Positions 57,507 to 64,000 of a DNA stretch of 64,000 bases are shown piece by piece (positions within the stretch are counted from its first letter, which is position 1; each line of letters starts with the position of its first letter). The notes beneath the pieces are model-generated. The model worked only from the letters and a program-made list of their open reading frames with translations, was not told the DNA's origin and searched no databases. The stretch is taken from positions 64,001 through 128,000 of the IMG/VR virus record IMGVR_UViG_3300024312_000003; one strand, 5' to 3'. The position numbers and the translations under genes are program-made. This DNA comes from a virus.

Positions 57507-57909
57507 ATGAAAATAAAAAAGACTTAAAAGTGATCTTGTAGGCGGATACTCATTTTGGTGCCCGGCTTGCAATGAGCGACATGTCTATTATACTGAACGC
57601 TATGATGGGAAACAACATCCGATCTGGGGATTCAATAACAACGAAGAATGTCCCACATTCACGCCTAGTTTAAACATGACTTCTATCAGGCATAAAACAA
57701 TGACTGATGAAGATTGGATTGAATACGACAAATTAGTAGCTGAACAAGGTGAAAGAGCACCATTAAACCATCCTAAGTTCAGATATGTCTGCCATCTTTT
57801 CATTACTGATGGTAAAATCATTTATTGCGGAGATTGTACGCACGAATATGCTGGTAAAACAATAGACTTACCAGATATTCCTGAGCACACTCAAAAAATT
57901 AAATCGTGA
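57507..57909 (+). pseudogene. DUF6527-like Cys/His metal-binding protein with a +1 frameshift in an A6 run near the start
   Basis: GAAAGG RBS then ATG AAA ATA AAA A|AGA CTT...FWCPACNERH...W.FN...PTFTPS...CHLFITDGKI.YCGDCTHEYAGKTIDLPD. Confidence 0.75.
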
Positions 57910-57918
57910 TATAAAATA

Positions 57919-57954
57919 ATAAAAGAGGTAGGGATTTCTCCCTACCTCTTTTAT
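57919..57954. terminator. Bidirectional terminator between convergent genes
   Basis: ATAAAAGAGGTAGGGA-TTTC-TCCCTACCTCTTTTAT. Confidence 0.85.
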
Positions 57955-57956
57955 GT

Positions 57957-58319
57957 TTACCACATCAACCATTCACGCCACTGACAGGGAAACTTAGCGA
58001 TGAAAACAGGATCGTATTCACCACCAGAGTTCACCAACTTCAAAGCTTCACGCACGTTGTGACTCTCGTTCTCACGATTCCACTTCTTGCGATAGAACTT
58101 GGCGGGAGACCAAGCGTTGTAGTGTTTGGACTCACCGTGAATGGTGTGGTACTTCTCATTCTTCTCGCGTTCAGTCATCGGACGATACACGCAGTATCCA
58201 GCGTGACCGTTACCGGTGTGGATGAACTTGTCGTATTCAGTGTAGAACCCGTTGACCTTCGAACCATACTTGTTCGGGTGTTCGAGTTCCCAGTTCTTGC
58301 GACGGAAAGTGCGACTCAT
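57957..58319 (-). CDS. Basic hypothetical protein (MSRTFRRK family), probably highly expressed
   Basis: AGGAG RBS; strong GC3 bias. Confidence 0.75.
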   Translation of the reverse strand: MSRTFRRKNWELEHPNKYGSKVNGFYTEYDKFIHTGNGHAGYCVYRPMTEREKNEKYHTIHGESKHYNAWSPAKFYRKKWNRENESHNVREALKLVNSGGEYDPVFIAKFPCQWREWLMW

Positions 58320-58392
58320 CTTTGATTCTCCTATGTGATCTACATAGGCGAGTCGTGACGTATTGTTTCATCAGAAATTTTTTCATACTGTT

Positions 58393-59064
58393 TTACTTCA
58401 CAACGATTTGATCTCCACAATAGGAGCGAATGATGTGGTTGCCTTTATCGCGTCCATACGAAATCCCAATTTGCTTGATCCAGTCTTTGTAAGACCCATC
58501 AAACTTTGTAAAGGTGTTATCACCTTTGTAATCTGGATCAGACCAAACAAAATTACCATGAGGAGTTTCAACAAAGAACTTTTGGCCAAAGTCCCATGAG
58601 AAATGACCGACGGAGTTCAAGAGTTGTTCGCGGTTGATTTCAGTTTGAGCTGTTTTGATTTCCATTTCTTTTCCTTCGATTGCTTTAACCATCTTAAGAG
58701 TGGTCTCGAATATGGGGTTTTCGTAAAGCTTGTCCTGCGCAAACTTTAGAAGAGATAGAACTGCTCTCAATGAACCAGTGGCGTGATCGAATGGAATATA
58801 TCCATCTGTTCGATGATCTAGTTCGCTTAGATTGGCTGGATTATGAAATTCATGATTTTGTGCAAGAACATTCCAACACAGAACCGCATCTTCCCATAAA
58901 TCGTAAGACTTAGGATCGGTTATATCAACACCTACCCCAGAAGCTTGGCTTGCTACGCAATCTGCAAGATATGGTAGTTTATGTCCTGTTGACAAAGCGA
59001 CGACTACCGTGTTATTCGTGATGTAAACTGAATATGGTTTGATTTCTTTCATCTTTAACTCCAA
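58393..59064 (-). CDS. Two-domain hypothetical protein
   Basis: 223-aa ORF. Confidence 0.65.
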   Translation of the reverse strand: MELKMKEIKPYSVYITNNTVVVALSTGHKLPYLADCVASQASGVGVDITDPKSYDLWEDAVLCWNVLAQNHEFHNPANLSELDHRTDGYIPFDHATGSLRAVLSLLKFAQDKLYENPIFETTLKMVKAIEGKEMEIKTAQTEINREQLLNSVGHFSWDFGQKFFVETPHGNFVWSDPDYKGDNTFTKFDGSYKDWIKQIGISYGRDKGNHIIRSYCGDQIVVK

Positions 59065-59083
59065 AAGTAATATACTATTATAA

Positions 59084-59404
59084 TTAAGATGTAAGATCAG
59101 ATTCAGAAATTGGTCTTTTTTGAATCATTATCAGTTTCATTGTTGCAGAATACTTTTCTACATCAAAAACATTTTGACGATAATTTGGATGACGGTGTGT
59201 TATGATGTTTATAACTGTTTGTCCGAACTCATCTATTTCAACATCCTGATCTTCGAGACTAATGTTCTCATCATTAGCCATTTGAAGAATCATTGTTTTA
59301 TCATCATTACTTGATATTTTACCACGAAATGATTCAACCTCTATATTGTCAATATAGATTTCGTCCGCAACATCGATTGCTTTAAAAAGAGTGGTTTTAA
59401 TCAT
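59084..59404 (-). CDS. Hypothetical protein
   Basis: Packed ORF. Confidence 0.6.
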   Translation of the reverse strand: MIKTTLFKAIDVADEIYIDNIEVESFRGKISSNDDKTMILQMANDENISLEDQDVEIDEFGQTVINIITHRHPNYRQNVFDVEKYSATMKLIMIQKRPISESDLTS

Positions 59405-59747
59405 TTTTAAAAATCATTGTTAATTTTAAACGTCTTCCACTATTAATCAGATTTAATACTTCATCATCTTTAGTGGAAAGATTATCAAGAATAAGCCAAC
59501 CCTTTGAACTCAATCTCAACGAATAGACACTAACTTCTTGCAATAGGTCGCTGGGATTAACTTTCAAACTTTGACATATTTTGATAAAATCAGAAAAGCT
59601 TAATGATGAGTTTCCATTTTCTATTTTGCAATACGCTGAAGTTTGTTTACCTAGAAACTCAGCAATGTATTTTTGACTTAGCTTTCTAGCTAACCGGTAT
59701 TCTCGGATAACTAAAAGAGTTATAGAAGTCATTGATGTTTTAAACAT
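59397..59747 (-). CDS. XRE-family HTH transcriptional regulator
   Basis: IREYRLARKLSQKYIAEFLGKQTSAYCKIENGNSSLS...ICQSLKV. Confidence 0.88.
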   Translation of the reverse strand: MFKTSMTSITLLVIREYRLARKLSQKYIAEFLGKQTSAYCKIENGNSSLSFSDFIKICQSLKVNPSDLLQEVSVYSLRLSSKGWLILDNLSTKDDEVLNLINSGRRLKLTMIFKND

Positions 59748-59750
59748 ATG

Positions 59751-59975
59751 TCAAATATTGGAGTCTGGATTGTTATTGCTTTTTACAGTGTCAGCTGTAT
59801 GGGTGATTAATTCTTTACCCAGAACAACTCGATACATTTGAATCTTCCGATTTGAATCTTCACTCATTCTATCATTAATAAATTGATTTGCTTGATCAAT
59901 TGTATCAAAATCTTTAAAATCAACACCGCCGTCTTCGTAATAACCGTCGTTGTGGAATACAAAAACTTTAGACAT
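59751..59975 (-). CDS. Hypothetical protein
   Basis: Packed ORF. Confidence 0.6.
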   Translation of the reverse strand: MSKVFVFHNDGYYEDGGVDFKDFDTIDQANQFINDRMSEDSNRKIQMYRVVLGKELITHTADTVKSNNNPDSNI

Positions 59976-59987
59976 AGTGATTTCAAC

Positions 59988-60560
59988 TCATTTGTTTTTA
60001 ACAACATGTCCGTCATTTGAAATTACTTCACGACCAGACATGAATTGAATAATGTCGTCTTCGGTGAACAATTTGTATTCACCAAAAACATTAAGAGAGT
60101 TATCTAGACCAACATCAAGGATTCGACCTTGTCCTTGGTATGAACCGTGGCAATGCCCGTGCGCATGGTAACTACCATAATGTTGCCTATGCCAAACATG
60201 CATTGGAAAATGGAACATGCACAGATGTTGTCCATCTTTTAATTTCATTTCTTTATAGTCTTGAAATGAAATTACTTTATTCGTTTTTACTTTCTTCCAA
60301 GTAGTATTACTGTCATGATTGCCCTTAATGCAAACCACATGACAATTTATTCTTTCAATTATTTCTACAATTTCATTAGGGTCTTTGCAGAAAATAAAAT
60401 CACCCAATTCAAAAAGAAAGTCATTTCGTTTGACTGTTGAATTAATAAGATCAATGACCCAATCGGTATGATCTTCAAGAGTCGTGACTGTGCTTCTTTT
60501 TGTATAGTCGAGAATTCTTTTATGCTCGATGTGTAAATCTGATGTAAAGTAATTAGCCAT
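59988..60560 (-). CDS. Calcineurin-like metallophosphoesterase
   Basis: SDLH, LGD, GNHD, HFP, HGHCH motifs. Confidence 0.92.
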   Translation of the reverse strand: MANYFTSDLHIEHKRILDYTKRSTVTTLEDHTDWVIDLINSTVKRNDFLFELGDFIFCKDPNEIVEIIERINCHVVCIKGNHDSNTTWKKVKTNKVISFQDYKEMKLKDGQHLCMFHFPMHVWHRQHYGSYHAHGHCHGSYQGQGRILDVGLDNSLNVFGEYKLFTEDDIIQFMSGREVISNDGHVVKNK

Positions 60561-60644
60561 GATATTTCATTTATTATTTCTAAGACATAAAAGAGTGGAA
60601 TTACTCCACTCTTTTATACCCTATCTATCCTGATTTGAACTCAG

Positions 60645-61187
60645 TCATGTAACTGGATTCTCAGTACTAAAACTTCTTTCTTCAGCAATCTTTGTTTGTA
60701 TTGCAAAATTTGCATATAGCTTAAGATCTTGATGAATTTGTTCTTGAGTACTAATGCCTTGTTCTGACAACGCTAGCTCCCATGTCCAAGACTTATCAAT
60801 TGGTAGATCACTATATAGTTCATGATTCTTGGTAGTGACGTGCAGTCTACCAGACGGAGTTTGAATCATTAGACCAATCGTATCTCCATTTTGAAGACCG
60901 CTAAGTCTCGTAGCTCCATACTCAGCGACCAATAGTGAAATGTAAAAATTATTTAAGGTTTTTGCATCTTCTATTTCTTTATACAGTTTATTTCGCAAAT
61001 CTAAAACATGATTCAGTAAATCATTTTTACAACAAAGCTGTTCGAATAGTTTATGGTTTTCTTTTTCTAATCTTGCTTCTTTGTCTGATTGAGTCTTATT
61101 TTTATTTGAATTAATGATCAAATAATGACCCAGTAATCCAGCTAAGAACATCAAAAATGCAAAAATCAAAAAGCTGTCGGTATTCAT
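60645..61187 (-). CDS. Membrane-anchored coiled-coil protein
   Basis: N-terminal TM helix followed by heptads. Confidence 0.65.
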   Translation of the reverse strand: MNTDSFLIFAFLMFLAGLLGHYLIINSNKNKTQSDKEARLEKENHKLFEQLCCKNDLLNHVLDLRNKLYKEIEDAKTLNNFYISLLVAEYGATRLSGLQNGDTIGLMIQTPSGRLHVTTKNHELYSDLPIDKSWTWELALSEQGISTQEQIHQDLKLYANFAIQTKIAEERSFSTENPVT

Positions 61188-61251
61188 TTTATCTCCAATG
61201 CATATTTGCGCTAAGAACAGTCTGATAAATAGACCGTCTTAGCACAAATAA

Positions 61252-61755
61252 TCAGATAACAATAGCTTTGTTAATAACCACATCCTCGACAGGAACATCC
61301 ATATGCATTCCACGCCGACCTGTCTTGACTTTTTCAATTTGGTCAACAACTTCGAAACCGCTGATGACTTTACCGAAAACAGCGTAACCCCATCCTTGCT
61401 GTGTCTCAGACTTGAAGTTCAGAAAATCATTATTGGCTGTATTAATGAAAAACTGAGCCGAAGCAGAATGTGGGTCTGAAGTACGAGCCATTGAAATGGT
61501 GTACTTTTCATTTCCCAAACCATTGTTTGCTTCGTTCTTAATAGGTTCTTTAGATGGAAGTTTATCCTTCATTCCAGAAAGAAAACCACCTGCCTGAATC
61601 ATGAAACCTTTGATGACTCGATGAAAGGTGACTCCTTCATAGAATCCCTTTTCCACATAATCGATGAAATTAGAAACAGAACTAGGAGCTGCTTCTTCAT
61701 TCAGTTCAATTTGGATGTTACCAACATTGGTTTGCAATTCTACAATCTTTGTCAT
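61252..61755 (-). CDS. ppiB: Cyclophilin-type peptidyl-prolyl isomerase
   Basis: [42 protein letters not shown]. Confidence 0.97.
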   Translation of the reverse strand: MTKIVELQTNVGNIQIELNEEAAPSSVSNFIDYVEKGFYEGVTFHRVIKGFMIQAGGFLSGMKDKLPSKEPIKNEANNGLGNEKYTISMARTSDPHSASAQFFINTANNDFLNFKSETQQGWGYAVFGKVISGFEVVDQIEKVKTGRRGMHMDVPVEDVVINKAIVI

Positions 61756-61769
61756 TACTATCTTTCAGT

Positions 61770-62260
61770 GAAAAGGAAACGGTTCTCGGATTGACACCAC
61801 GAGGCCAATCTTGACATCAACCCGGCAACCGTCGACTGTTACTTCTATTTGCAAAGATAGGTGATAACTCACCTGTTGTATATAAGGTCACATCTCTTTA
61901 CTGATGCTTCTCCGCTACCTGCAGATAAAGGGCTATTCTAGCTTCTAAGGGAACTGGCATTATTCCCTCCACCGTCAACCAATCACAAGGTAAGTCAACC
62001 ACTAGGGTGTCTCAAAACCAAGCGACCAATTAACACGAATAATCGCATTGCTAATATAAATCAGTATAAGTCAAAATGCGACAAATGACTTTACTTTACA
62101 GGTCGTTTACCATACTAATGTTTCTTCAACATATTCTGGCCTGTGTGACTACGACTCCACTCATATCTCTTATTCCTTTCGTTCCTTATTATGTTGTATC
62201 AGGGAAAATCAGAGCACCAGGAGTAATGGTGGGCTTTTCAAATTAAACAGTTACCTTGTA
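61770..62260 (-). ncRNA. Candidate large structured ncRNA of about 490 nt (ROOL-like)
   Basis: ORF-free in all six frames at 60 aa or more; many helices including long-range CACAGGCCAG/TTGGCCTCGTG; family assignment from recalled motif resemblance and size. Confidence 0.55.
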
Positions 62261-62312
62261 AAAAGTAACTATCTTGTTCAAGTTAGTAATATGTTACTGT
62301 AATGTTTTTTAA

Positions 62313-62768
62313 TCAGCTCACTGTTGGTGAACCCGACATTTTGTTAGCAATAGATCGACACAAATCAAATTCTGAACGATCGTTCTTTGATTGAATAACA
62401 TGAATCATCCAATCTCGAATAATGTCGATTTCAGTTAGTTGAGTAATATGGATAATCGGAATATTCAAACGCTCACAAATCTGAATTTCTGCTTCAATTC
62501 CTTTTGATTCTTTCCAACCATCCATTTGATAGACAAGCATATACTTACAACTAGAAAGCATTGCTTCATCCAATCTACCCCAATTCTTCCAACCGCCTTC
62601 CATGGCATTTGGTGAGTGTTGAATTAGACCAACATTGTGTACAATTGGAGAGATGACGGGAATACCAGCATTAATTAGCTCAACTGCTTTTTCTGCAACT
62701 TGTTTAACTCTGGCTTCTTGAACAGACTTATCTGGATGAGAATATGGTGAAGCTAGATAACCCAACAT
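62313..62768 (-). CDS. DUF1937 / nucleoside 2-deoxyribosyltransferase-like protein
   Basis: YLASPYSHPD...SPIVH...W...D..ML..C...GWKESKGIEAE. Confidence 0.85.
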   Translation of the reverse strand: MLGYLASPYSHPDKSVQEARVKQVAEKAVELINAGIPVISPIVHNVGLIQHSPNAMEGGWKNWGRLDEAMLSSCKYMLVYQMDGWKESKGIEAEIQICERLNIPIIHITQLTEIDIIRDWMIHVIQSKNDRSEFDLCRSIANKMSGSPTVS

Positions 62769-62854
62769 TACAGTTTCCTTTTAAGTGGTTGTTAACTAAA
62801 AAATATAGATAGCGTGTAAAAAAGGATAGTCGAAAGACTATCCTTTTTTTGTTT

Positions 62855-63280
62855 TTAACAAGAAGCCATGGTTGCTTCGGTATTCCATTTCTCCTTTACC
62901 AGAGAATAAATATCGTCAATATTAACTTGCAGATATTCTACGTTATTCGGATTACCTTCTTTATAACGCATGGCCACTGCGTTTCCAGTACAATATCTAC
63001 GGGCTTGTCTCCCGGATTCTTGAAGAATCAAAACTTCACCATCTTCAAGGAATGGGATCAGTCCTTCGATCTTAATTGATTCATCAGTATCTGGATCCAT
63101 GTCTGAAAACAGATTATGACTTTTAGGAATAAGTGCGTACCTGGTATGATCGGGTTTATTTCCATCTGGAGGAGTTACTTCAACAACTTCAGCTTCTAGT
63201 TTTTCAGCATAAGCCATAAAACCATCAACATCTTTGACTTTGACAAAATTAGTTCGTTGAAATCCGTAATAGTCTGACAT
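62855..63280 (-). CDS. Conserved phage hypothetical protein (RTNFVKVKD motif)
   Basis: AGGA RBS. Confidence 0.7.
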   Translation of the reverse strand: MSDYYGFQRTNFVKVKDVDGFMAYAEKLEAEVVEVTPPDGNKPDHTRYALIPKSHNLFSDMDPDTDESIKIEGLIPFLEDGEVLILQESGRQARRYCTGNAVAMRYKEGNPNNVEYLQVNIDDIYSLVKEKWNTEATMASC

Positions 63281-63300
63281 TTTGATTTCCTAGGTCATAT

Positions 63301-63328
63301 ATAGGTAGCGATAATTATCGCTACCTAT
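63301..63328. terminator. Perfect 28-bp palindrome
   Basis: ATAGGTAGCGATAA|TTATCGCTACCTAT. Confidence 0.8.
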
Positions 63329-63332
63329 AGGT

Positions 63333-63638
63333 TTAGTATCTTTGTTTGATATCGTTAATCTGATTAATCAACTCTAGTCGATCACCAGAATTACTCAAAA
63401 GAAATTCATGGACTAAAGAACAAGCTTCTTTCAAATTAGAAGTCTGCTCATTGGTTCCTTGGATTGCGTCAAGTTCCAACTTAATCAACTCTATGATCTC
63501 TTGAATCAGATCTTGATTATCTTGTTCATCAAGTAATTCTATCTGATGAACAAAATTAAGAATAGTAAGAGTGATAGATCCAGCAATATGGATCTTGCCT
63601 AAATCCTCTATGAATTGTTTACATATGTCTTTAAACAT
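63333..63638 (-). CDS. Hypothetical helical protein
   Basis: GAGG RBS. Confidence 0.6.
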   Translation of the reverse strand: MFKDICKQFIEDLGKIHIAGSITLTILNFVHQIELLDEQDNQDLIQEIIELIKLELDAIQGTNEQTSNLKEACSLVHEFLLSNSGDRLELINQINDIKQRY

Positions 63639-63662
63639 GATTTCCTCTAAAGGTTTAACATA

Positions 63663-63941
63663 TCATTTTACTTGATTCCTAATTGAATCAAGTAAAACCA
63701 TCTTGTCTTCGGGAATAAGAATACTCATTTCTAGATCCGCGTGAAAATTAATGTACGAGTAATTTATTCGATGATCCCATTCAACAATAATTAGCAATTC
63801 ATCGCCACGCATAAGAGATACGTCTCTTATGTAACCGGTTGCTTTTGTAATTGGAGCAATTGCTTTGCATCCAATCAACAACTTAGAAATATTATCTAAG
63901 TCATAAGGGTATTTTGCTTTAAGATTCTTAATCCAAGGCAT
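63663..63941 (-). CDS. Hypothetical protein
   Basis: Co-directional ORF. Confidence 0.6.
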   Translation of the reverse strand: MPWIKNLKAKYPYDLDNISKLLIGCKAIAPITKATGYIRDVSLMRGDELLIIVEWDHRINYSYINFHADLEMSILIPEDKMVLLDSIRNQVK

Positions 63942-64000
63942 GATTCTTCACTTAATGCTAAATGTTTCATCACTAAAGGATGCATTTTCAGGAATTGTGT

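Noticed and set aside
7-63079. Most plus-strand ORFs in the track (for example 3303..4028, 3799..4371, 9773..10270)
   Set aside because: They are antisense shadows of better minus-strand genes, lack RBSs and have non-protein-like composition
1-64000. CRISPR array, integrase or transposase, rRNA, or stop-codon recoding
   Set aside because: No regularly spaced direct repeats or recognisable recombinase or rRNA motifs; known genes are full length under the standard code and no suppressor tRNA is present

Overview
This is a 64-kb slice of a large lytic (jumbo) bacteriophage genome. Assignment to the phiKZ-related/Chimalliviridae-like style of jumbo phages is inference from gene packing and intergenic hairpin style; no chimallin, PhuZ, RNAP or capsid gene lies in this window. 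Almost every real gene is on the minus strand; only a holin-like gene and a frameshifted DUF6527-like gene are on plus. Recognisable proteins include an NAD-dependent DNA ligase, dCTP deaminase, a NUDIX hydrolase, a secreted SLT lytic transglycosylase, a Tad1-like anti-defence sponge, a CRP/FNR regulator, an XRE regulator, an AAA+ ATPase, a metallophosphoesterase, a cyclophilin and an HNH endonuclease. There are also three tandem 1.1-1.2-kaa fibre/depolymerase paralogs built from adhesin-like modules. Five standard tRNAs are present: Asn-GTT, Leu-TAA, Arg-TCT, Ser-GCT and Ser-TGA. The most striking content is non-coding. (i) A circularly permuted (two-piece) tmRNA gene with a G3-U alanine acceptor stem, PK1 and tag AANDSTFAQRLAA*, directly abutted by an HNH gene and preceded by a GC-rich structured segment. 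(ii) An ORF-free structured region of about 820 nt next to the tRNAs (GOLLD-like candidate). (iii) An ORF-free structured region of about 490 nt upstream of the cyclophilin (ROOL-like candidate). (iv) A 145-nt CCA-ending tRNA-like RNA with no normal anticodon arm. (v) A 104-nt rod-shaped RNA. All family assignments come from motif recognition by eye, not from database searches.
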